A stretch of DNA of 64,000 nt from assembly GCA_036654235.1 (NCBI GenBank), contig JAVVSK010000006.1, positions 34,102-98,101 of the forward strand. The letters run 5' to 3'. Position 1 is the stretch's first letter. Every line of letters begins with the position of its first letter. The notes under the pieces are model-generated. The model was not told where the DNA came from and did not search any database. It worked only from the letters and a program-made list of their open reading frames with translations. Shown here piece after piece: positions 18,998 through 26,993 of this stretch. This stretch comes from Clostridia bacterium. GTDB taxonomy: Bacteria > Bacillota > Clostridia > Christensenellales > CAG-138. Both the position numbers and the translations under genes were made by a program.

Positions 18998-20647
18998 ATG
19001 AAGCTTTCTACGAAGGGAAGATATGGCTTAAAGGCCATGGTGGATCTTGCGGTTAACTATGGGAATGGTCTATTAAGTATTTCTTCGCTTGCGCATTCTC
19101 AGGGGATAAGCGAGGCGTATTTAGAAAGAATTTTAACTAAGCTTCGCGTAGGCGGCTTTATCGTTTCATCGCGCGGTTCTTTGGGAGGCTATGAGCTTAA
19201 GCTTGCTCCAAAAGACGTTAGTGTCGGTGGCATTTTAAAGTGTCTTGAGGGAAGTACTACCCTCGTAGACTGCGTAAGTAAGAGCGAAAAGCGATACTGT
19301 GAAAACGCTTGCAGCTGTTCTGCGCGACCATTATGGCTTAAGCTTCAAAATCGCATAGACGAAGTACTCGAAACTACGACGCTTCGCGATATGGCGGATG
19401 ATTATATAACACAAACAGAAAGGATAAAAAGTGACTATATGAAAAAAATCTACCTTGATAACGCGGCGACTACTGCGCCCAGTAGGGCGGTCATAGACGC
19501 TATAATGCCCTATCTTACGGATTATTATGGGAACCCGTCAAGTGTACATAAGTTTGGAATGGAAGCGAAGCGCGGGTTGGACAAGGCTAGGGAGAGCGTT
19601 GCTAAGGCGCTTTCTTCGAATACCGACGAAATTATTTTTACCGGCGGCGGGACAGAGGCTGATAATATGGCAATATTCGGAGTTGCAAAACAATATTCTA
19701 AAAAAGGCAAGCATATAATAACGACCGCGGTAGAGCATCATGCGGTTCTACATTCATGCGCCGAGCTTGAAAAACAAGGATTTAAGGTTACCTATCTTCC
19801 GGTAGATGAATTCGGTCTTGTAACTGCTTTAGATGTTGAAAATGCGATAACCGACGAAACAATATTAGTGACAATAATGTTTGCAAATAACGAGGTTGGC
19901 TCAATATTTCCGATAGAAGAGATAGGCTCTGTTTGCAAAAAACACGGGGTAATATTCCATACCGACGCGGTTCAGGCGGTGGGTCACTTAAAAATCGACG
20001 TTAACGCAATGAATATAGACCTGCTTTCAATGTCGGCGCATAAGTTTCATGGGCTTAAAGGCGTAGGTGCGCTTTACGTTAAAAAGGGAATCATAGTACC
20101 TCCGTTTATCGTCGGAGGGGCGCAGGAGCGAAGAAAGCGCGCCGGAACGGAGAATGTTCCCGGAATAGTTGCCCTTGGAGTTGCTTTAACGGAAGCGGTA
20201 TCAAATATCGAAGAAAAAGCGGCGCGTATTTCAAGGCTTCGCGATAGGCTTATAGACGGAATATTTAAAAATATAAATGATGTTAAGCTAAACGGTCATC
20301 CGACGATGAGGCTACCCGGAAACGCTAACGTAAGTATAAAGTACATTGAGGGTGAATCGATATTGCTTATGCTCGACCTAAAGGGAATTGCGGCTTCCAG
20401 CGGCTCAGCCTGTACTTCGGGATCGCTCGACCCTTCTCATGTTTTACTCGCTATGGGGCTGAATCACGAGACGGCGCATGGTTCGGTTCGCTTGACCCTA
20501 TCCGACGAAACGACCGTGGAAGATATAGACTATACTGTGCAGGTGCTTAAAGAGACAGCGGAGCGGCTTCGCGCGATGTCTCCATTATATAAACCTACAG
20601 AACAAAAATGCAATCTGGGAATAAATTGTGCTTGCGATAAAGAATGA
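18998..20647 (+). CDS. In-frame fusion of an Rrf2/IscR-type regulator (aa 1-147) with cysteine desulfurase NifS/IscS
   Basis: The Rrf2 part reads MKLSTKGRYGLKAMVDLA...ISEAYLERILTKL, with a Cys cluster CVSKSEKRYCENACSC. It runs without a stop into MKKIYLDNAATT...SAHKFHGLKGVGALY...SSGSACTSG, which carries the PLP Lys and catalytic Cys motifs of NifS. A GGGGGA SD precedes the ATG at 18998. Confidence 0.8.
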   Translation: MKLSTKGRYGLKAMVDLAVNYGNGLLSISSLAHSQGISEAYLERILTKLRVGGFIVSSRGSLGGYELKLAPKDVSVGGILKCLEGSTTLVDCVSKSEKRYCENACSCSARPLWLKLQNRIDEVLETTTLRDMADDYITQTERIKSDYMKKIYLDNAATTAPSRAVIDAIMPYLTDYYGNPSSVHKFGMEAKRGLDKARESVAKALSSNTDEIIFTGGGTEADNMAIFGVAKQYSKKGKHIITTAVEHHAVLHSCAELEKQGFKVTYLPVDEFGLVTALDVENAITDETILVTIMFANNEVGSIFPIEEIGSVCKKHGVIFHTDAVQAVGHLKIDVNAMNIDLLSMSAHKFHGLKGVGALYVKKGIIVPPFIVGGAQERRKRAGTENVPGIVALGVALTEAVSNIEEKAARISRLRDRLIDGIFKNINDVKLNGHPTMRLPGNANVSIKYIEGESILLMLDLKGIAASSGSACTSGSLDPSHVLLAMGLNHETAHGSVRLTLSDETTVEDIDYTVQVLKETAERLRAMSPLYKPTEQKCNLGINCACDKE

Positions 20648-20662
20648 AGGGGAGGTAATAAA

Positions 20663-21049
20663 ATGTACACGGATAAAGTTTTAGATCATTTTCAAAATCC
20701 GCGCAATATGGGCGAGGTTAAAGATGCAAACGGAATAGGCATGGTCGGCAACGCGAAATGCGGGGATATAATGCAGATGTTTATAAAAGTAAACGATGAT
20801 GGGATAATTGAGGACTGCGGTTTTAAAACTTTCGGTTGTGGAGCCGCAGTTGCAACCTCGTCTATGGCTACGGAACTTATTAAAGGCAAGAGCGTCGAGG
20901 ATGCCGAAAAGCTAACGAATCAGGTCGTAGTTGAAGCTCTCGAAGGTCTTCCTCCGCAAAAGATACATTGCTCCGTTTTAGCTGAGGAAGCTATAAAACT
21001 TGCTGTTGAGGACTATCGGAGTAAACTGAAAAATAAAACAAATGAATAA
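20663..21049 (+). CDS. iscU: Fe-S cluster assembly scaffold IscU/NifU
   Basis: MYTDKVLDHFQNPRNMGEV...GNAKCGDIMQMFIKV...FKTFGCGAAVATSS...IHCSVLAEEA carries the three conserved scaffold cysteines. Confidence 0.92.
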   Translation: MYTDKVLDHFQNPRNMGEVKDANGIGMVGNAKCGDIMQMFIKVNDDGIIEDCGFKTFGCGAAVATSSMATELIKGKSVEDAEKLTNQVVVEALEGLPPQKIHCSVLAEEAIKLAVEDYRSKLKNKTNE

Positions 21050-21052
21050 TAT

Positions 21053-21131
21053 AAAGCGCCGATAGATTTTATCATAATCCTGGTTTTGATGATTATTGCT
21101 AATTTCAAGCGGCGCTTTACTTTTTTATTTT
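21053..21131 (+). terminator. Possible terminator of the isc operon, with a long loop
   Basis: AAAGCGCCG (21053-21061) pairs with CGGCGCTTT (21110-21118) and is followed by ACTTTTTTATTTTT. The 48-nt loop makes this weak. Confidence 0.3.
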
Positions 21132-21247
21132 TCTCCCAATTTTTTACGCATTGCTTTCCTTTTGACTTTTTCACCCCCCTTATACGCTATCTGTCATAGA
21201 TAAAGCTTTTTTAACATAAACATTACCAAAACAAAGCGGAGGTTTAT

Positions 21248-21637
21248 ATGAGAAGCAAGGTGAAAAAGCAAAGCGCCGTGTTTATCGTCATTAAGGCAGC
21301 GCTCATAGCGTCAATAGTAAGTATCGTTCTTATCGTACTCTTTGCGGTACTGCTTTATAACGGAATTTTAAACGAGGGAAGCATATCTGTCGTCAATACG
21401 ATAATTAAGGTGTTGGGGGCGGCTCTAGCGGCGTTTTTAACGGTGCGTAAGGTAGAGGAAAAGCGTTTTATTATGGGTGCTATTTCGGGTATTTCATACA
21501 CGGTTCTCGCATTTTTGGTCTTTTCCCTAATGTCCACAAAGTTTTCGATATCCTTAGGTTTGCTTTCGGATCTTGGTATGGGACTTTTAGCGGGAATGCT
21601 GACGGGACTTTTATATCAAACATTAAAAAGGACTTGA
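21248..21637 (+). CDS. Small integral membrane protein of unknown function, about 4 TM helices
   Basis: A GCGGAGG SD and four hydrophobic segments (AALIASIVSIVLIVLFAVLL, VLGAALAAFL, ISYTVLAFLVFSL, GMGLLAGMLTGLL). Confidence 0.55.
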   Translation: MRSKVKKQSAVFIVIKAALIASIVSIVLIVLFAVLLYNGILNEGSISVVNTIIKVLGAALAAFLTVRKVEEKRFIMGAISGISYTVLAFLVFSLMSTKFSISLGLLSDLGMGLLAGMLTGLLYQTLKRT

Positions 21638-21638
21638 T

Positions 21639-22493
21639 ATGTTATTTGATTTAACGAATGATATTCTTTCAATTTCGGATATGAGCGAATTCAACCTCGA
21701 ACGTTCGGCAAATTGCGGACAGGCGTTTCGCTTTAACGTTTTCGAGGATGGCTATGAGGCGGTAATTCTGGGAAGACGCTTTGTTTTCAGGAAAAAAGGA
21801 GATATTCTTATGATTTCAAACTGCAAACAGGGAGATGCCGCCTTTTTCTCTCATTATCTCGACTTGGATACAGATTATAAAAAAATAGAATTGTGGATAG
21901 AAAAAGACCCCGTGCTTTCTCCCTGTCTACCCTATGCGCGCGGAATCAGGGTTTTTAATCAAGAACCCTTTGAAACGCTTATTTCGTTTATAATATCCGC
22001 AAATAGCAATATCGGAAAAATAAAGCGCACAATTGAAAAACTTTCCGCAATGTTGGGTGCTGAGATAGCTACGGGTTACTTCGCTTTTCCGACAGCGGAA
22101 GCTATAGCGGAGAGTGACGAAGCTAAATTGAGCGCTATCGGCGCTGGCTATAGAGTACCTTATATAATAAAGACGGCGCGCGCTATTGTTTCCGGATTTT
22201 CTCTCGAAACGATACGCGATATCCCAACGGATCAGGCGAGAAAACAGCTTTGTACGCTTATGGGTGTAGGACCGAAGGTTGCTGACTGTGTATTGTTATT
22301 TTCCCTTTCGCATAGAAACGCGTTTCCGATGGATGTTTGGATGAAGCGCGCTGTGCGTGCGCTTTATTTTAAAGGCACGGACGAGCCTGATAAAAAATCG
22401 CTTGAAGAAGTTATAACGTCGTTAGGTGACGAAGCGGGAATAATTCAGCAATATATATTCCACTATGCACGCGAAAATAAGATAGGGGCATAG
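21639..22493 (+). CDS. ogg: HhH-GPD family DNA glycosylase, 8-oxoguanine glycosylase (Ogg)-like
   Basis: SANCGQAFRF, FETLISFIISANSNI and the helix-hairpin-helix LMGVGPKVADCVLLFSL...AFPMDVWMKR. Confidence 0.75.
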   Translation: MLFDLTNDILSISDMSEFNLERSANCGQAFRFNVFEDGYEAVILGRRFVFRKKGDILMISNCKQGDAAFFSHYLDLDTDYKKIELWIEKDPVLSPCLPYARGIRVFNQEPFETLISFIISANSNIGKIKRTIEKLSAMLGAEIATGYFAFPTAEAIAESDEAKLSAIGAGYRVPYIIKTARAIVSGFSLETIRDIPTDQARKQLCTLMGVGPKVADCVLLFSLSHRNAFPMDVWMKRAVRALYFKGTDEPDKKSLEEVITSLGDEAGIIQQYIFHYARENKIGA

Positions 22494-22519
22494 AAACATT
22501 ATACCAGTAAAATAAAAAA

Positions 22520-22550
22520 ATCCGACCGAATTTGTTTTCGGTCGGATTTT
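22520..22550. terminator. Bidirectional intrinsic terminator between convergent genes
   Basis: 11-bp perfect stem ATCCGACCGAA (22520-22530) / TTCGGTCGGAT (22537-22547), flanked by A7 upstream and TTT downstream. Confidence 0.8.
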
Positions 22551-22579
22551 CTATTATTCGGTTTAGGTCAAAATTAAAT

Positions 22580-25237
22580 TCAGTCTGCTGTGATAACGAA
22601 GCATAAAAGCATTGCCGCGTCGCCGGTATCTACACGCCCGTTAGCATTGACATCGGCATTTTGCATCTGATTGTCGTTATATTGTACAAATCCGACCATG
22701 TAGGAGAGTATAGAAGCAACGTCGCCCGTATTTATAACTCCGTCGAGGTTAGCGTCGCCGATAAGAACGGGATTCGAGGTCGGAGTAGGAAGAACCGATG
22801 TCGGGGTAGGAAGAACCGATGTCGGAGTAGGAGGAACCGGCGTCGGGGTAGGAGGAATCGGCGTCGGGGTAGGAGGAACCGGCGTCGGAGTAGGAGGAAC
22901 CGGCGTCGGGGTAGGAGGAACCGGCGTCGGAGTAGGAGGAACCGGCGTCGGAGAGCCGGGTATAGTTAAAGCAACATTATCTACCCAACCGCAGTCTGCA
23001 CCTCTATTAACGCTTACGTCCTTCGCATAGGTCCATGTAAAGACAAAGTTCCTATTTTGAGTTATGGTATATGTCTTTGTTGTCCAACCTACATTTCCGC
23101 TTATATCGGCAATACCATTAACGGTAGCGCCGTTTACTGCGAATTTAAGTTTATCATAGTTATTTTCGCTGTCAACTTTCCAATCAAAGCTTAAAGTTGA
23201 GCCAATAGGAAGATTAGCGATAGAGAGCGTGATAGCGGAGTTTGTACTGCTAAGACCCTCTATAGTCGATTTTGCGCTTATTCTGTTATCGGCATTATCC
23301 ATGAACCAAGGATGAGCTACGTTATTGACAAATTCAAGGGTTCCGTTTTCAATATTTAAAGCTTCGTTGAGCGTTCTTACGAGAACTTGTGACGTAGCGG
23401 TAAAGCCGCCATCGACTGTCGTAACCGTAATAGTAGCTTCTCCACCGCCGGTAGCGGTTACAACACCGTCCGCAACTGTTGCAACGGCTTCATTGCTACT
23501 GCTCCATAAAACATTTTGGTTTGAAGCGTTTTCAGGAAGCACTGTTATTTCAAGTTTAGTTCCTTCCGCACCAAGGAAAGTTTCGAACATTTCCGGCGAA
23601 AGAGTTATTCCCGAAACGGGCATAGAACCAACAACGTTTATTGCCACTGTATCCGTAAATGTTTGCGGAGTGGTTTCGTTAAAGTTGTCCGTCAGAAGAC
23701 AGGTTATAGTTGTTGAACCAAGCCCGGTTGCGGTGACTATCCCGTGATTATCGACGGTGGCAATAGCTTCGTTCGCTGAAGTGAAAGCTAAGCTGTAACG
23801 GTTCGCATTGTCGGGAGAAACGACGGGGGTAAGCGCGAAAGTATTATTAAGGTAGAGATCCGTCGTATTCGGCGTTAAATCGAAAGTTTCAACGGCGATA
23901 GGAGTAGCCAAAATACGAAGATTATCGTTTCCGTGTTTAACAAATTCGGCTCCGTATGAAGAATACGGGTCAATCGCGCCGTTATCAGCGCGGGAAGCTG
24001 CCCATGCTTCGGCAGTGGTATAATAATCATTGGTAGCCGGATTTATATTTGCGAGATATCCCCAAAAGCTGTCGATTATCTCACCGTCAAAAAGGAAGCT
24101 GACGGACTCAGTAAAGCCAACTACCATTCCGGCGTTGATATCAAGGAGCGGTTGCCAAAGAGCCGGGGTCATTAAACCATAGCATGTACCTATATAGATG
24201 CAGCTTTGAGGAAGCGACGGGATATATTTTGAAAAGAAAGTACCCGTTATAGCAACACCGCCGCCGCCCATCGAATACAGATGTCCCTGAGCAATATCGG
24301 CGTTATCATATGCACCAGCGATTGGTACGCAGATGCAGGATTTTCCGGAGTAAGTTGTTCCGTGGCTGTCTACCATTATAACGCCGAATTGTCCCCATGT
24401 TTTAAAGGACTCAACGTTTGCGGCAGCGCCATAGTAGCTTGTAACTGTTCCGCCGGTTACGGGAGGTAAAGTATTAGCTCTTTCTAAATAGTTATAGGTG
24501 AAGTTGGAATCCTGACCATAGTACGGACACCAAACGCCTATGTCGCCCGAAAGAATAAAATCTGCGGCGCTCTTTGTTGCGTTCGCTGTAAACGAATCAG
24601 CATTGGAAGAAGATCCACCCTTTTCCCCTTCGCTAAAACGATTATATATGCATCCAATACCGGAAGTAAGCTCAAAGTTGATTATGCTATCGTTTTCATA
24701 CCAAACTTTAGCAACGTTCTCATCGGTAACAAGATAGCTGTATACATCGTTAAGTATCTTATCATCAGAGTCCTTTGTTTTCTCACCGTCATCTTCTATG
24801 GCAAAAACCTTTTCATATGTTGCGTCATGAGCGGTCCAGTCTGCCGCCGTCAAATTTTTGTAAAAACGAACGGAAGTTTCGGCGGTCTCACTGCTAACAG
24901 ATATAGTATAATCTTTATTTCCGATTTGATCGGAGGATAACGACGCTACACCGTAAAAAATTCCGTCGCCGGCGATCTCGTCGCCATTTCTGCCGTTATC
25001 GTAAAGAACCGCGACTTGCGTACCCATTTGATCTTTAACGGCTACGCTGCCCGCATAGTTACCCGCTAAAGACGCTTCAAAAGCGATATTGCCAACTGTT
25101 TCAACTAAACAGTATGGAGTTTTTGCGTTAAAGCTTTGAATGCTGACGTTTGATGCTAAAGAGGCGCCGGAAAAACTCGTTATAAGTACTGTCATAACGA
25201 ACGCGACTGCCATCAATATAGCTGTGTTACGTTTCAT
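22580..25237 (-). CDS. Secreted multidomain dockerin protein: possible caspase-fold (clan CD-like) peptidase region, two Big_2 Ig-like domains, an adhesin/lectin-like beta-sandwich, a Pro/Thr linker and a type-I dockerin
   Basis: A GGAGGG SD lies 7 nt before the ATG at 25237. The signal peptide reads [37 protein letters not shown] and, about 58 aa later, CIYIGTCYG resemble the His/Cys dyad context of C11/C25 peptidases. Big_2-like segments are [10 protein letters not shown]...[21 protein letters not shown] and [25 protein letters not shown]. The linker is (PTPTPVP)n. The dockerin reads [18 protein letters not shown]...[17 protein letters not shown]. Confidence 0.8.
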   Translation of the reverse strand: MKRNTAILMAVAFVMTVLITSFSGASLASNVSIQSFNAKTPYCLVETVGNIAFEASLAGNYAGSVAVKDQMGTQVAVLYDNGRNGDEIAGDGIFYGVASLSSDQIGNKDYTISVSSETAETSVRFYKNLTAADWTAHDATYEKVFAIEDDGEKTKDSDDKILNDVYSYLVTDENVAKVWYENDSIINFELTSGIGCIYNRFSEGEKGGSSSNADSFTANATKSAADFILSGDIGVWCPYYGQDSNFTYNYLERANTLPPVTGGTVTSYYGAAANVESFKTWGQFGVIMVDSHGTTYSGKSCICVPIAGAYDNADIAQGHLYSMGGGGVAITGTFFSKYIPSLPQSCIYIGTCYGLMTPALWQPLLDINAGMVVGFTESVSFLFDGEIIDSFWGYLANINPATNDYYTTAEAWAASRADNGAIDPYSSYGAEFVKHGNDNLRILATPIAVETFDLTPNTTDLYLNNTFALTPVVSPDNANRYSLAFTSANEAIATVDNHGIVTATGLGSTTITCLLTDNFNETTPQTFTDTVAINVVGSMPVSGITLSPEMFETFLGAEGTKLEITVLPENASNQNVLWSSSNEAVATVADGVVTATGGGEATITVTTVDGGFTATSQVLVRTLNEALNIENGTLEFVNNVAHPWFMDNADNRISAKSTIEGLSSTNSAITLSIANLPIGSTLSFDWKVDSENNYDKLKFAVNGATVNGIADISGNVGWTTKTYTITQNRNFVFTWTYAKDVSVNRGADCGWVDNVALTIPGSPTPVPPTPTPVPPTPTPVPPTPTPVPPTPTPIPPTPTPVPPTPTSVLPTPTSVLPTPTSNPVLIGDANLDGVINTGDVASILSYMVGFVQYNDNQMQNADVNANGRVDTGDAAMLLCFVITAD
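22779..22953 (-). repeat. 21-bp tandem repeat array, about 8.3 copies, encoding the PTPTPVP linker
   Basis: GTCGGRGTAGGARGAAYCGRY units run head to tail from 22779. Copies 5 and 7 are identical to each other, as are copies 3, 6 and 8. Confidence 0.9.
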
Positions 25238-26232
25238 AAAATATCCCTCCAAATAGAAATTAGTGAAATTCTATCATATCTCAGACGCGATTACAACTGA
25301 AAAAAGACAATTATGTAAATTCATACATTAAGAAATAGCATTTTGCTGGGTTTGATTTTTCTTTCTTGTTTGTCTTTAAGAATTGCGTGAGTAAAAAAAG
25401 CGGAAAAGGATTGCTATAGCTGTATTTTTTGTTAATTTTTTCGTTTTGTTATTGCGCATTATATCGCGATATGTTTTAGCACATGAAAGATGAAGACCTT
25501 TGTTATGTGATTAAATCAGCAGATGACTCTAAGACGCAATCAAATTCATCTAATATTATTGAAAAAGAATTGCGAGAAAAGCGAAATGGATTTGCGGGCA
25601 TATTAATGGGCAAAATGCTATATTAAAGAATTTAATTAAACTAAATAAAAAGAAAGACTCAAAGCCCCGGTTCAATATTCACAATGAAAATTGATTACAT
25701 AGTATTTGCGACGAAATGGATATAACCGGGAAATTATTTATATTTTCTTACGGTTGTGCGGCAAAGTATCATTAATAATAAGGCGGTAGATGGTATGTGA
25801 AAAAAAGCATGATATAATTCTAGCAGATCAGAAAATTATGAAAATACTGACATTTATTACTTCCGACAAGTCAAATTTTAAGTTTGGCAGGACTATGAAC
25901 CATATGGAGACATAGCGGAAAATGTTCGGCATTATGATTCTTTTTATTATTTATACGTTATCAGCCATAAGGCTTCTAAAAAAGATGAATAGCAGAGAAG
26001 CTTTCCATTATTACTATTGATTTAGGCTTTAGATAAAATTTGCGGTACTGCTTTGGTATAGCGCATTTCACCGTTCTTCTTGGTAATCTTTAAATAATAG
26101 ACAAAAAACCCGGCTTTGGCTTGACGCTAAAGTTGGGTTTTTCTGCCGGATTAGAGAATGCCTTATATTTGTGTTCCCTATATTTTTTTGTATGCATATA
26201 CGAAAAATAAAATTTCCACAGCTAAGAATGCT

Positions 26233-26928
26233 TTAGTCATTACCTTCTTCGAATATCACCTCCTTGATTTTAGCGAGTGCTTTTTTTTCAATTCGCGATG
26301 CATATGAGCGCGAAATATTAAGCGCCTCGGCAACCTCTCTCTGAGGGATAGGATACCCGCCTATAAGTCCATATCTAAGCTCTATCACCATCCTTTCACG
26401 TCCCTTTAAGGTATTCGCTATTATTTTTTTTACGCGATCGGATAGCAAATGCCTTTCAACATCGAAAAAAACGCTATCTTCGCTTGTTCCAAGCTTATCC
26501 GCATATGTTATTTCGTTTCCGTCCTTATCCTGACCTATTGGCTCATCAAGAGATACGGTGAGCGCACTCTTTTTTTCGCTTCGAATAGACATCAGTATTT
26601 CATTTTCAATGCATTTAGATGCATATGTAGAAAGCCCAAAGCCTTTTTCGGAATCGAAGGATGAAACCGCCTTTATAAGGCCTATCGTGCCTATTGAAAT
26701 AAGATCGTCCTGATCTCGTGCATTTGTCGCATATTTTTTTGATATGTGTGCTACGAGACGAAGGTTGTGTTCTATCAGCATCCTGCGCGCCCCATCGTCT
26801 CCCTTCGAAAGGAGTTTTATACACTCAGCCTCTTCGGCGCTTGAAAGCGGCTCAGGAAATGAGTTTTGAGTATTTACATACCCGGTAAAAAGCAAAAGCT
26901 CCCTCAAAAGCGCGAACAAATCGAACAT
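26233..26928 (-). CDS. sigK: Sporulation sigma factor pro-sigma-K, intact with no intervening element
   Basis: FTGYVNTQNSFPEPLSSAEEAECIKLLSKGDDGARRMLIEHNLRLVAHISKKY...DLISIGTIGLIKAVSSF...YASKCIENEILM...ISRSYASRIEKKAL closely parallels B. subtilis SigK, including the pro-sequence. The ATG at 26928 lies 6 nt after a GGAGG SD. The track start at 26943 lies inside a hairpin stem. Confidence 0.85.
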   Translation of the reverse strand: MFDLFALLRELLLFTGYVNTQNSFPEPLSSAEEAECIKLLSKGDDGARRMLIEHNLRLVAHISKKYATNARDQDDLISIGTIGLIKAVSSFDSEKGFGLSTYASKCIENEILMSIRSEKKSALTVSLDEPIGQDKDGNEITYADKLGTSEDSVFFDVERHLLSDRVKKIIANTLKGRERMVIELRYGLIGGYPIPQREVAEALNISRSYASRIEKKALAKIKEVIFEEGND

Positions 26929-26974
26929 AAAAAACCTCCGCATATCTTCGTGATTAATAGAAGATATGCGGAGG
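26929..26974 (-). terminator. Strong intrinsic terminator of glnS-gltX whose 3' arm contains the sigK Shine-Dalgarno
   Basis: On the minus strand: CCTCCGCATATCTTC (26974-26960), loop TATTAATCAC, GAAGATATGCGGAGG (26949-26935), T6 (26934-26929), then the sigK ATG. The 15-bp inverted repeat is perfect. Confidence 0.8.
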
Positions 26975-26987
26975 CAATGTTAATTAT
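26961..26987 (-). promoter_or_regulatory. Candidate sporulation (sigma-E/sigma-K type) promoter embedded in the 5' arm of the hairpin
   Basis: Minus strand ATA (26987-26985), N16, then CATATCTT (26968-26961), compared with the B. subtilis sigma-E consensus ATA-N16-18-CATACAnT. The predicted start falls in the hairpin loop. This is inference only. Confidence 0.3.
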
Positions 26988-26993
26988 AGCCTT

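Noticed and set aside
15180-22953. Tandem repeats checked as possible CRISPR arrays
   Set aside because: The repeats at 15180-15254, 22779-22953 and 50632-50667 are contiguous, with no spacers. They are in frame within coding sequences, and no cas genes are present.
22661-22969. Arg-rich 102-aa ORF ([10 protein letters not shown] repeats)
   Set aside because: It is the antisense reading of the 21-bp Pro/Thr-linker repeat array of the dockerin protein, so it is a repeat artefact.
25483-25626. 47-aa ORF (MKDEDLCYVIKSADDSK...) in the gene desert
   Set aside because: No SD, no recognisable motif and a low-complexity composition, so the evidence is insufficient to call a gene.
26983-26988. Perfect TATAAT just after the gltX stop, considered as a sigma-A promoter for sigK
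   Set aside because: The corresponding -35 (CTTTCT) is poor. A start about 7 nt downstream would include the whole 15-bp terminator hairpin, so transcripts would terminate before sigK.
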